From: Candidatus Omnitrophota bacterium
Lineage (GTDB): Bacteria > Omnitrophota > Gorgyraeia > Zapsychrales > JANLHA01
Assembly (NCBI GenBank): GCA_023247795.1
Contig: JAHFFT010000006.1
Span: forward strand, 4,664 to 68,663
DNA: 64,000 nt
Direction of reading: 5' to 3'
Shown one piece after another: positions 30,902 through 40,207 of the stretch. Made by a program: the position numbers and the translations under genes. Numbering within the stretch: the first letter of the stretch is position 1; the number at the start of each line of letters is the position of its first letter. The notes under the pieces are model-generated. The model was given only the letters and a program-made list of their open reading frames with translations, had not been told where the DNA came from and searched no databases.

Positions 30902-32830
30902 ATGATGCTAACAACTCAGAAAAATTTCATCAAACAGCCCGCGATCATTTCCGTTTTAACCCTTGTGTTTTTCTCTTCTTTGGTTACTGTCCCAAAAGTT
31001 TCTGCCTTACAGGACGTCGTGGATACGATGAAAGAAGACAAGGTCTCCCTCAATAAGGGCGACTTGGTTTCTTTGAAGGTTTCTCAGCTCACGCGGATCG
31101 CGATCAGCAACCCCGGCATCATTGACGTGGTTAACGCTGATGAGAAAGAGATTCTCATCATTGGGCGCGCGGTGGGTGAGACGCCGATTTTTATTTGGGA
31201 TGAAAACGGCAAACGAAAAATCATGGCCCGGGTCATGGAAGAGGAGTTGGATTCTTTGACGCAGAGAATCCAAGAGTTACTGGATGATGCGGATATCAAA
31301 GACGTTGATTTAAAAAAGAACAATTATGAAGGGAAGATCATTGCTTCGGGGCATATCCTTAAGCAAAAAAAGGACGAGTTTGAAAAAATCATGGGTCAGT
31401 TCAGCACCAATGTGATCAATATGGTCAAAGAGGAAGAAGATCTCGTCCAAATCGATGTGCAGATTTCGGAATTGAATACAACGCTTTCAAAAGAATTGGG
31501 TTTTGACTGGACGGCCGGAAGTTCCGATCATATCGTTTTGGGGTATCAGGAAGTGCTGCCGACGTTTGCCGGCCGCAGCGTCGAGGACTGGTTCAAGCTT
31601 GGCCGATTTGACCGGACCAACGCCATCTTGGCGACGGTGGACTTATTGATCCAAGAAGGAAAGGCGCGCACCTTATCGAAGCCGAGTATTCTTGTCTCTA
31701 ACGGTGAGGAAGCCTCATTTCACGTCGGAGGCGAAATCCCGGTCCGGACCACTACGACCTCAACCGGAGGCGCGTCGGTCCAGCAAAACGTGAGTTTTAA
31801 GCAATACGGTATTGATTTGACTGTTACGCCAGAGATCAAAGATGGAAAAGTGGACATGACATTGCATGTTTCCGTCCGCGATATTGATGCCGCGAACGCC
31901 GTCGGCGATGACGTGGCTTTTACCAACCGGCAAGCCAATACCAAAGTCCTTTTGGATGATAAACAAACCATCGTGATCGCCGGTCTCATCAAGCAGCAGC
32001 AGGGCGAGACGGTTAATCGAGTTCCATTTTTAAGTTCCATTCCTTTGGTAGGATTTCTTTTTCGACATACCGCTACTCCGACTCCCAATCAAGATCAGGA
32101 GTTGGTGGTTTCTTTGACACCCACCATTGTTCGGCAAAAACGACCGGGGCGGGATATTGGCCCGGAGCCTAATCGGCCAATTTCGGATCAGGTTAAAGAG
32201 GAAAAGCTTCCCGAGGTTAGTAAATTAGAGGAAGCGAAGAAAGCAGATGCCGTTGCAACGACTGAGAGCCAAGAGAGCCAAGCGGAGCAAAATTTAAATA
32301 ATGTCGATTTGCCGGAATTTGCAGAGCAGCCCGTCGCTGTGCCAGAGCAGCCGGCTGCGGTGGCCGCCCCTGAGGAGGAGCCAAGTGAACAAACCATTAC
32401 CTTAGCACCATACGGGGATGTTGATAATACGACGAACGTCGTTGCTGCCCCTGTTGCTCCTTCAGCCCAGCCCCAGGAAAGTCCAAAGGTGGCGGACGAA
32501 GGCTCTACCAATGCCATAGCCACTTATGTGCAAGCTATTCAAAAACGGATTTCAAATACCATTTCTTATCCTTATGAAGCCCGTGAGAACAATTGGCAGG
32601 GAACGGTCAAGTTGAATTTGGTTTTGGAGAAGGACGGTAACTTGAAAGAGGCGAAAGTGGAACAGTCGTCGGGATATGATGTTTTTGATAAGGACGCGGT
32701 CAATACGGCATTGATTTTGGCACCTTTCGATCCCTTTCCAGCTGAAATCGATTTGGAAGAGCTGGTTGTCACTGTTCCGATTGTTTATAGTCAGGAAGCG
32801 GTTTTTGGCGATAGCGAGCAGCAGAACTAG
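30902..32830 (+). CDS. cpaC: CpaC/RcpA-type secretin fused to a C-terminal TonB domain
   Basis: RIAISNPGIIDV N-domain; secretin core NGEEASFHVGGEIP, KQYGIDLTVTP, VPFLSSIPLVGFLF; Pro/Glu/Ala-rich linker; TonB_C pattern YPYEARENNWQGTVKL...SSGYDVFDKDA. Confidence 0.9.
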   Translation: MMLTTQKNFIKQPAIISVLTLVFFSSLVTVPKVSALQDVVDTMKEDKVSLNKGDLVSLKVSQLTRIAISNPGIIDVVNADEKEILIIGRAVGETPIFIWDENGKRKIMARVMEEELDSLTQRIQELLDDADIKDVDLKKNNYEGKIIASGHILKQKKDEFEKIMGQFSTNVINMVKEEEDLVQIDVQISELNTTLSKELGFDWTAGSSDHIVLGYQEVLPTFAGRSVEDWFKLGRFDRTNAILATVDLLIQEGKARTLSKPSILVSNGEEASFHVGGEIPVRTTTTSTGGASVQQNVSFKQYGIDLTVTPEIKDGKVDMTLHVSVRDIDAANAVGDDVAFTNRQANTKVLLDDKQTIVIAGLIKQQQGETVNRVPFLSSIPLVGFLFRHTATPTPNQDQELVVSLTPTIVRQKRPGRDIGPEPNRPISDQVKEEKLPEVSKLEEAKKADAVATTESQESQAEQNLNNVDLPEFAEQPVAVPEQPAAVAAPEEEPSEQTITLAPYGDVDNTTNVVAAPVAPSAQPQESPKVADEGSTNAIATYVQAIQKRISNTISYPYEARENNWQGTVKLNLVLEKDGNLKEAKVEQSSGYDVFDKDAVNTALILAPFDPFPAEIDLEELVVTVPIVYSQEAVFGDSEQQN

Positions 32831-32953
32831 GATCTTTTGACGGGCGGGTGTCTTTGAATTAGATTTAAAGCGCATGGCATATCTTGAAGTGTGAAGAAGC
32901 ACAGCTAAAAATTTTCTTCCAGAAGCATTCTATTTTTTAATCATCCCCTTCTT

Positions 32954-35116
32954 ATGGAATCAAGAACGATCACGGTTTTCAGCAATAAAGGCGGCGTTGG
33001 CAAGACCTTTATTGCGGTTAATCTCGCGACCGCCCTTGCCGCCACCGGCAAGCGGGTTCTGCTTTTGGATTTGGATTTTCAGGCCTACCACGATATGTCA
33101 AGGATGCTGAACTTGGTTCCCCGCCAATCTTTGGCCAATCTCATCTCGGAAATCGAATCCATGGAAGATCCCGAGACGATCACCAAATTTACAATCACGC
33201 ACGACAGCGGCTTGGATTTTTTGCCGGCGGTTGTTCATACCAAACAAATCGGACACATCACCGCGAGCAATATCAAACCGTTTTTTAAGAAGGCCAGGCA
33301 GATTTATGATTACATCATTGTCGACGCTGGCAAGGCCTTCAGCGAGATTCTGCTCACGGTCCTCGATCATTCCAATTTGATCCTTTTGGTCGCGACCCCC
33401 GACATCTTAGCAGTCTATCAAATCAAGTCGTGCTTGGAGTTGTTAACCAGTCTGCATTTCCCTTTGAAGATCGTTAAAGTGATTCTTAATCGCTCGGAGA
33501 GCCGTGGTGGTGTCGCCTGGCAAGAGGTGCGTTCAGCGCTTTCCTGTGAGATTTTTGGTCAGATCCCGTCGGACGGGAAGGCCGTTGGCATGGCGCTCAA
33601 TCGTGGCGTTCCAGTCGTAGTCGATAGTCCGAAGGCCGCTGTTTCGGAAGCGTTCAATAAAATGGCCAACGATCTTAAAAGGGATGAAATTTATGTCCAG
33701 GCCGCGGAATTGGCCAAGGTGCGGCAGTCCGAGGATTTGGACAAGTCCGTCAAATTTTGGGAAAAATTTGGGATCACTCAGCATTCGTTGGGGGGAGGGC
33801 ATGATTATTTCGCTAAGGAAGAAGATGAGATTGTTACGTTGAAGAAAAAAATCCATGAGAAGCTGGTGAACCGTTTGCACGTCGAGGATCTCAGTCCGGA
33901 GGTCTTAGGGGATCCGCACAAAGCCCAAGAGCTGAAGAACTCGGCGCAAAAGATCGTCGGGAATCTCTTGATGGAAGAAAAGGGCGGAATGATCGCCTCG
34001 CATGAAGAACGCAGCCGCATTGTTAAGGAGATTGTCGATGAAGCGCTGGGGCTGGGAGCACTTGAAGAATTTTTAGCCGATCCAGACGTGACCGACATCA
34101 TGGTGAACAGCAAAGAAGAGCTCTATATTGAAAAAAATGGCAAATTGATTTTGACCAACAAACGATTTTTATCCGATCAGCAGATGCGTTCGATTATGGA
34201 CCGGATCATCGCCCCGTTAGGCCGGCGGATTGATGAGTCAGTGCCCATGGTGGACGCCCGTCTTCCCGACGGGTCGCGGTTCAACGCGATCATCCCACCA
34301 TTGTCGTTGAACGGCCCGATGATTACGATTAGAAAATTTGGCGTTGAGCGATTGGAACTCAACGATTTGATGGAAAAATATCGCAGCTTCAGCCCGCCCA
34401 TGCAGGATTTTCTCAATGCCTGCGTGTTGGGCCGGCAGAATGTTGTGGTTTCCGGAGGGACCGGGGCGGGAAAAACGACTTTGCTCAATGTGTTGTCTTC
34501 GTTCATCCCCGATGATGAAAGGATCATCACCATTGAGGACGCGGCCGAATTGCGGCTGAAGAAACAGCATTGGGCGCGTCTGGAGGCCCGGCCGTCGAAC
34601 GTGGAAGGCCGCGGGTCGGTCTCCATCCGCGAGTTGTTTATCAATTCGCTGCGTATGCGGCCAGACCGCATCATCATTGGGGAATGCCGAGGGGCCGAGG
34701 TTTTGGATATGTTGCAGGCGATGAATACCGGCCACGATGGATCGATGACCACCTTGCACGCCAATTCAACACGGGATGTGATGGTTCGGATGAGTTCGAT
34801 GATTTTGTTGAGCGGTATCGAACTGCCGACCCACGCCATCAATCAAATGATCTCATCGGCCATTGACGTGATCGTGCACGTGGCCCGTCTCTCCGACGGG
34901 AGCCGCAAGATCACCGGCGTTACCGAAATTGTTGGAATGCTTCCGGATTATCAGTTGGACCTCAGAGACATTTTTTATTTTAAGCCTTCCGGCCGGTCCG
35001 AGGAGGGGGTGGTTTTAGGCGAATTTTTCGCGACCGGATACATCCCCAAATGCTATGACGACTTTATGACGATGGGTTTTAAGTTGGATAAGTCGATCTT
35101 CAATAAATCCACGTAA
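32954..35116 (+). CDS. CpaE(TadZ)-CpaF(TadA) fusion ATPase
   Basis: N-half is MinD/ParA-like (SNKGGVGKT, ALNRGVP). C-half is TadA-like (VDARLPDGSR, GGTGAGKTT, TIEDAAEL, LRMRPDRIIIGE, AMNTGHDG). Confidence 0.93.
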   Translation: MESRTITVFSNKGGVGKTFIAVNLATALAATGKRVLLLDLDFQAYHDMSRMLNLVPRQSLANLISEIESMEDPETITKFTITHDSGLDFLPAVVHTKQIGHITASNIKPFFKKARQIYDYIIVDAGKAFSEILLTVLDHSNLILLVATPDILAVYQIKSCLELLTSLHFPLKIVKVILNRSESRGGVAWQEVRSALSCEIFGQIPSDGKAVGMALNRGVPVVVDSPKAAVSEAFNKMANDLKRDEIYVQAAELAKVRQSEDLDKSVKFWEKFGITQHSLGGGHDYFAKEEDEIVTLKKKIHEKLVNRLHVEDLSPEVLGDPHKAQELKNSAQKIVGNLLMEEKGGMIASHEERSRIVKEIVDEALGLGALEEFLADPDVTDIMVNSKEELYIEKNGKLILTNKRFLSDQQMRSIMDRIIAPLGRRIDESVPMVDARLPDGSRFNAIIPPLSLNGPMITIRKFGVERLELNDLMEKYRSFSPPMQDFLNACVLGRQNVVVSGGTGAGKTTLLNVLSSFIPDDERIITIEDAAELRLKKQHWARLEARPSNVEGRGSVSIRELFINSLRMRPDRIIIGECRGAEVLDMLQAMNTGHDGSMTTLHANSTRDVMVRMSSMILLSGIELPTHAINQMISSAIDVIVHVARLSDGSRKITGVTEIVGMLPDYQLDLRDIFYFKPSGRSEEGVVLGEFFATGYIPKCYDDFMTMGFKLDKSIFNKST

Positions 35117-35117
35117 C

Positions 35118-35465
35118 GTGACCCGCATCATCAATCAAACCAAACAAACTGTTATCGCAACCGAAGGAAGAATCGCCGACACCATGGTCTCTCGCCTGGT
35201 AGGACTTTTAAACCGCGAATCGATGGCTCGACGAGAAGCTCTTATCATAACCCAATGCCGCGGCATTCACATGTTTTTTATGCGGTTCGCGATTGACGTG
35301 ATTTTTGTCGACGGGGACGATCGGATTGTTGGTTTGGTCAGAAATATTAAGCCGTTTTGTATCAGCCCGTATTTTTGGCAGGCATGCTCAGCGATTGAAT
35401 TGCCTTCTGGAGTGATTGATCAAACCCGGTGTGCGATGGGGGACAGGATTGTTATTGCTCCATAG
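35118..35465 (+). CDS. DUF192 family protein
   Basis: ADT...RLVGLL...IHMFFMRFAIDVIFVD...IELP. Confidence 0.88.
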   Translation: MTRIINQTKQTVIATEGRIADTMVSRLVGLLNRESMARREALIITQCRGIHMFFMRFAIDVIFVDGDDRIVGLVRNIKPFCISPYFWQACSAIELPSGVIDQTRCAMGDRIVIAP

Positions 35466-35515
35466 GCCCTCAGTGTCCCAGTTTTTTTGGGCCTGGGCAA
35501 CGGGGACTCTCAAGA

Positions 35516-35758
35516 TTATTCTTCCATGACTCCAAAATCATTGATGGATTGGTCCAATTCATCCAGCCAGTGTTCGCAGAATTTGCAGTAGATGGCTGGT
35601 TTATTAATTTTTTTGCCGCAGTAAGTGCACGCCTTTTTATCGCTGTCGGGATAATCGATTTTCAGAAGATCATCAACGATGATGTTTTTGCAATGCGGGC
35701 ATTCTTTGCCCTCAGTGTCGGGGGAGACATCATCGAAGCAATAAGGACATTTATGCAT
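35516..35758 (-). CDS. Double zinc-ribbon small protein
   Basis: CPYC, CPHC, CTYC, CKFC. Confidence 0.75.
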   Translation of the reverse strand: MHKCPYCFDDVSPDTEGKECPHCKNIIVDDLLKIDYPDSDKKACTYCGKKINKPAIYCKFCEHWLDELDQSINDFGVMEE

Positions 35759-35864
35759 AGGAATCCTTGATTAAAGTGAATGGAAAAAGTTTAAGGTTAT
35801 GTCTTTCATCGCTAAGGTCATTATACAACAAGATTTTTAAAAGCGAAAAGAGAAGTTGTTTTTA

Positions 35865-35922
35865 GGGGACAGTCCCCTTATACTAGGGGACAGTCCCCTA
35901 GGCATTAAATGTCCATTCTGAA
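35865..35922. repeat. RAYT-type repeat cluster
   Basis: Two copies of GGGGACAGTCCCC followed by AAATGTCCATTCTGAA. Confidence 0.85.
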
Positions 35923-35935
35923 TTAGGGATTTTTT

Positions 35936-37720
35936 ATGGGAGTTATTCATAAACTCAAACAAGAAGTTGTACAGTTCATTGTCCAAAAGAAGAAGGATCT
36001 CCCGCAGGTCAGCTGTCGAAAGATGGCGGATTTTGTCCATACCGCATTTGAATTAAATCTCTCTAAGTCGGCGATTAACAACATTTTACAGAGATCGACG
36101 TTAAGTAGTCCGGTGGGCAGGCGGCCACAAGACCCCGGCCGAAAAGAATCGGTTGTTCAACAGGGTGTTAAAGCCAAATCTTTTAAAATTCCCGATCAGA
36201 AGAAAATATTAGGGGGACAGTCCCCAAAAAGGGACTGTCCCCCTCCTGGTTTTCCTCCTGTTCCCCCGCTTCAACCGTCTAAGTCTCCTCTTCCTCCGGT
36301 CGCACAGAGTCAGCGTAAATTCAGTGTGAAAAGAGCCTCTTCATTGCAGCCAAAAGAGGGACTGTCCCCTAAAGGGGACAGTCCCCCTAAGCTACCAAAG
36401 ACGCTTTATGATCATATGGGCAGCATTTTTCTAAAGGCGGCAGAATGGGAGATTTCCGACGGGCCACTTTTGGGAAAAATACTAAAGGATCATCTGCCGG
36501 CCGGATTTTCTCAGCAAGAGCTGGAGCAGGCCGGGGAAGTGCTTTTATTTTTGCAAGTATTTGGGATTAAAAGACTTGAAGATTTTATTCATTACACAAA
36601 AGACGGATTATGGGCGATTAACGGTCTAAAAACCAAAATCCCATTTTTCAAGATCAATGATTTAGCACGATTTTTGAATACCGTTTCGGGGGTAAGAGCA
36701 CAGCTGCAAATACACATTTCACAATTAGTTACAAAAGCAGCCTATATCAAGGTGGTCTTTAAAGCCGGTAATTGCTTATGGGTAGATGCCCTGGGCGCCG
36801 GGCTGAGTTCTGCGAAGAGAAAAGGGCCCAATTTTTCGTCCATCAACCAGATCACCACAACAATGATCAATCAATGGTTAATGCCGCGTGAGCCGCTGAT
36901 TCTGGGTGCTGTTCAGGATGGCCAATCGCTTTATCATTTGGCGGCAGGCTTTGCTAATGACACGAATCGAAAATTACATAAGATCATGGCTTTTGGTTAT
37001 GACGATCAAGAGATCATTGCCTTTGATTCCTTCATTGACACAAAACGATCATTTCTCGTCGGACTATGGCCGTCGCAGGAGTTTTATCAGCAACTTTTTG
37101 GATCGCAAGATTTTGTTTATAAGAAAAATTTTGAAATGACCGATGGCCATAAGCAGGTTGCCTATGATGAAATGACCGTTAAAATCAAAGATCCGGTTGG
37201 GGAGTTACATCCCATTTCGTTAAGGGCGGTGGGGTTTGAAATGCCAGGGAACCAGCCGCAAATGGGCGTTATTTTAACCAATATGAGTGATAAGGAAATG
37301 ACAGCAGCGGGACTCATCAGTGCTTATGTTCAGCGCTGGCCCTGTTTTCAAGAATCGAAATCGCTACAAAATTTTCTGCAACCCAATGTCTCGGAAGAGT
37401 ATGTGTCTCAAGATGAAAATATTTCCAACGATTTATCCGAGGCCAATGATTTGCATATTGCACTTAACTATTTGAATCGCTACGGCCAAGAGGCCTTTTT
37501 TCCATCAGCATACGGCGATTTAGACCTATCATCAATGACATCAATATTTTACAACATAGCCGGATATTTACAGTGTACCAAAGAGCTGGTAAAAGTTGAA
37601 CTGATTATGCCAAGGGAAGATTATCCTTATCAAAATGATTTGGCTCTGGCGGTCAGGAAGGTCAATGAGCGCAATATCAGCGATTTTCAGGGAAGAAAAT
37701 TATTTTTGTCATGTTTATAA
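35936..37720 (+). CDS. Hypothetical protein with an N-terminal HTH and possible degenerate DDE-transposase ancestry
   Basis: SCRKMADFV...LSKSAINNIL is HTH-like. ILTN...AYVQRW resembles the IS4-type LTN...YxxRW signature. Confidence 0.7.
   Translation: MGVIHKLKQEVVQFIVQKKKDLPQVSCRKMADFVHTAFELNLSKSAINNILQRSTLSSPVGRRPQDPGRKESVVQQGVKAKSFKIPDQKKILGGQSPKRDCPPPGFPPVPPLQPSKSPLPPVAQSQRKFSVKRASSLQPKEGLSPKGDSPPKLPKTLYDHMGSIFLKAAEWEISDGPLLGKILKDHLPAGFSQQELEQAGEVLLFLQVFGIKRLEDFIHYTKDGLWAINGLKTKIPFFKINDLARFLNTVSGVRAQLQIHISQLVTKAAYIKVVFKAGNCLWVDALGAGLSSAKRKGPNFSSINQITTTMINQWLMPREPLILGAVQDGQSLYHLAAGFANDTNRKLHKIMAFGYDDQEIIAFDSFIDTKRSFLVGLWPSQEFYQQLFGSQDFVYKKNFEMTDGHKQVAYDEMTVKIKDPVGELHPISLRAVGFEMPGNQPQMGVILTNMSDKEMTAAGLISAYVQRWPCFQESKSLQNFLQPNVSEEYVSQDENISNDLSEANDLHIALNYLNRYGQEAFFPSAYGDLDLSSMTSIFYNIAGYLQCTKELVKVELIMPREDYPYQNDLALAVRKVNERNISDFQGRKLFLSCL
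36212..36387. repeat. Two in-frame GGGGACAGTCCCC doublets inside the CDS
   Basis: 36212-36243 encodes GGQSPKRDCPP and 36358-36387 encodes GLSPKGDSPP. Confidence 0.85.
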
Positions 37721-37751
37721 TACGAATACTAATATATAACAATTCTGTAAC

Positions 37752-37781
37752 TTGACATTTAAAATAAGAGCATGTTATACT
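37752..37781 (+). promoter_or_regulatory. Strong sigma70-type promoter for the pilin array
   Basis: TTGACA, an 18-nt spacer, then TATACT with an extended TG. Confidence 0.7.
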
Positions 37782-38312
37782 TTAAAAGTGAAGAGGGGGG
37801 AGATCTGGCTGCTTATCAGGAGCAGGGAATGATTGTAAGTTTTTTTGAACAAATAAGATACATATTCCAGAATGGCCTCGCATTTCTTTTTTTAAGATAT
37901 CATCCTTTTGAACATCATCTCCATCCATCGCGGGCTGGAGATTTTTTATTGACTGCAAAGTCTTTCGAGAAAAGGCGTGTTGCAAGCGATCTGACCTTGC
38001 TTTTAGCAGGGATGATTCTGTGGGCCCATCCAGTGGTCTGCAGATGCCGGCTGCAAAATTTGGCCGGTAATAGAGTCCGAGAGTGAATTCTGCTTGAAGC
38101 GCGGGGATGCTTTAAGGCGGACAAGGGTTATTTGAAACGTTAGGACAGAAACATTTGAACAAAGGCGACAACAGCAAATTTTTAAAAAAATCAGGCCTTT
38201 GATCAGAGAAGTTTGGTCTTAACCGCAAATGACTTAAGAAAAGGGTTCACACCTGAAGGGATTTGTAAAGTTGTTTTAGCAACGTTAGTAGTCATTTTGA
38301 AGGAGGATAGCA

Positions 38313-38543
38313 ATGTATAAGAAAAGGAATCAAAAAAAGAAAGGGCAGAGTACGCTGGAATATATCATTTTAGTCACCGGTGTGATCGCCGTTCTTATTA
38401 TTTTTTTAAAGCCGGATACAGGTATTTTCACCCAGGCCTTCAATGGTGTTTTGGGTAGCGCCAAAGACGGCATGGTTAATATGTCAAACCGGTTATCGGG
38501 ATCTTGGCCTTCGGATCAAGTGGGTACAAAAACCGGGGGATAA
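38313..38543 (+). CDS. Flp-type prepilin A, copy 1
   Basis: KKKG|QSTLEY followed by a hydrophobic helix. Confidence 0.9.
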   Translation: MYKKRNQKKKGQSTLEYIILVTGVIAVLIIFLKPDTGIFTQAFNGVLGSAKDGMVNMSNRLSGSWPSDQVGTKTGG

Positions 38544-38578
38544 GATCAGCAAAGAAATTAAAAACGGAGGAACAATCC

Positions 38579-39010
38579 ATGTTTAGAAAGTTAATGAAGA
38601 ATAAGAAAGCGCAGCAGACCGCGGAGTACGCGTTGCTGATTTCGCTGGTGGTCGCGGCGGTGATCGCGATGCAGACTTACGCTCAGCGCGCGATTCAAGG
38701 ACGTATCCGCGATGCCTCGTCGTATTTGGTTGAGAAAACACCGGAACTCGGAGACATTAATCAATACGAACCTTATTATCTAAAAACCGATTATCATATT
38801 GACTCTTTTGATGAAACGACCGAGAGTCATACGAATGAAATCAAAGGCGGTAAATTCGAGTCTGACACCTACTCTGAACGCACCAGACAGAAAGATGGGT
38901 TTCAGGCTTCAGATTATAAGTCGGTTGTGACTGAAGATAGTTTTAAGCCCAGTGGAGGATCGGGCACCAGTACCGGAGGAACGCCTCCAGCTGGCGGCAC
39001 GACCCCGTAA
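38579..39010 (+). CDS. Flp/TadE-type prepilin B, copy 1
   Basis: KKA|QQTAEY, hydrophobic helix, QYEPYY. Start at the ATG after GGAGG. Confidence 0.88.
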   Translation: MFRKLMKNKKAQQTAEYALLISLVVAAVIAMQTYAQRAIQGRIRDASSYLVEKTPELGDINQYEPYYLKTDYHIDSFDETTESHTNEIKGGKFESDTYSERTRQKDGFQASDYKSVVTEDSFKPSGGSGTSTGGTPPAGGTTP

Positions 39011-39073
39011 TAGAGGATGCTAAATTGATCCAATTCTCTTTGCAGAGAAATTAAATTGAGGAGGAGGCGAGAC

Positions 39074-39397
39074 ATGTTTAAATTTTTAAGGAAGATGAAA
39101 GGGCAGAGCACCCTGGAATACGCGGTTTTGATCATCATTGTCATTGGTGCTTTGTTGTCCATACAAATGTATATTAAGCGCGGCATCCAAGGTCGTCTAC
39201 GAAGTGCTGCCGACGATATCGGCGATCAGTATGATCCAGGTAACGTCAATTATCGTGTTCACACAACTGTTGTTAGTAACACGCACGATACATTTATAGA
39301 CGGGAAAACCAATTCGACCTTATTGCAGCCGGAAAAAACAATCACAACGGTCAATTCCGAGATTGTTAACGCGGAGCAGACCTTTTGGGGGAGATGA
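39074..39397 (+). CDS. Flp/TadE-type prepilin C, copy 1
   Basis: KG|QSTLEY...YIKRGIQGRLRSAADDIGDQYDP. Confidence 0.88.
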   Translation: MFKFLRKMKGQSTLEYAVLIIIVIGALLSIQMYIKRGIQGRLRSAADDIGDQYDPGNVNYRVHTTVVSNTHDTFIDGKTNSTLLQPEKTITTVNSEIVNAEQTFWGR

Positions 39398-39469
39398 TTG
39401 GATCTTCATGATACCCGCAAAATGGAGAAGCATTTTGTTAAGTTAACAAGAGGGCCCAGGAGGACAGCA

Positions 39470-39700
39470 ATGATAAAGAAAAGGAATCAAAAAAAGAAAG
39501 GGCAGAGCACGCTGGAATATATCATTTTGGTCACCGGTGTGATCGCCGTTCTTATTATTTTTTTAAAACCGAATGGAGGCATTTTTACCAAGGCCTTCGA
39601 TGGTGTTTTGAATAGCGCCAAAGACGGCATGGTTAATATGTCAAACCGGTTATCGGGATCTTGGCCTTCGGATCAAGTGGGTACAAAAACCGGGGGATAA
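39470..39700 (+). CDS. Flp-type prepilin A, copy 2
   Basis: Near-identical to 38313-38543. Confidence 0.9.
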   Translation: MIKKRNQKKKGQSTLEYIILVTGVIAVLIIFLKPNGGIFTKAFDGVLNSAKDGMVNMSNRLSGSWPSDQVGTKTGG

Positions 39701-39735
39701 GATCAGCAAAGAAATTAAAAACGGAGGAACAATCC

Positions 39736-40119
39736 ATGTTTAGAAAGTTAATGAAGAATAAGAAAGCGCAGCAGACCGCGGAGTACGCGTTGCTGATTTC
39801 GCTGGTGGTGGCAGCGGTGATCGCGATGCAGACCTACGCCCAGCGCGCGATTCAAGGACGTATCCGCGGCGCATCGGCGTGGCTGGTTTCCGCGACAAAT
39901 GAGATTGGAACAACGAACCAGTATGAACCGTATTATTTGGACACCAAATATGAAATTGACAGCTATGATAAAACCACGGAGGTTCATACGAATCAAGCCG
40001 GCACCGGCGGTAAGTTTGACACCGATACTTATTCTGAGCGCACCAGAAAAGCGGGTGGTGCCCAAGTTTCAACGTATGATATGCCTATAAAGACCGATGA
40101 AACACAGTGGAAAAATTAA
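39736..40119 (+). CDS. Prepilin B, copy 2
   Basis: Same N-terminus as 38579; divergent C-domain. Confidence 0.88.
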   Translation: MFRKLMKNKKAQQTAEYALLISLVVAAVIAMQTYAQRAIQGRIRGASAWLVSATNEIGTTNQYEPYYLDTKYEIDSYDKTTEVHTNQAGTGGKFDTDTYSERTRKAGGAQVSTYDMPIKTDETQWKN

Positions 40120-40207
40120 TAACCGCTGAGGGTGTTCAGATTTCAAGCGGAGGTTAAGAGGATTAAAATCTCTTTTTAGAGAAATTCAATTAAGGAGGAG
40201 GCAAGAC

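Noticed and set aside
37772-38086. 104-aa ORF upstream of the pilins
   Set aside because: Its start lies inside the -10 element of the predicted promoter, it has no RBS, and it has no recognisable motif.
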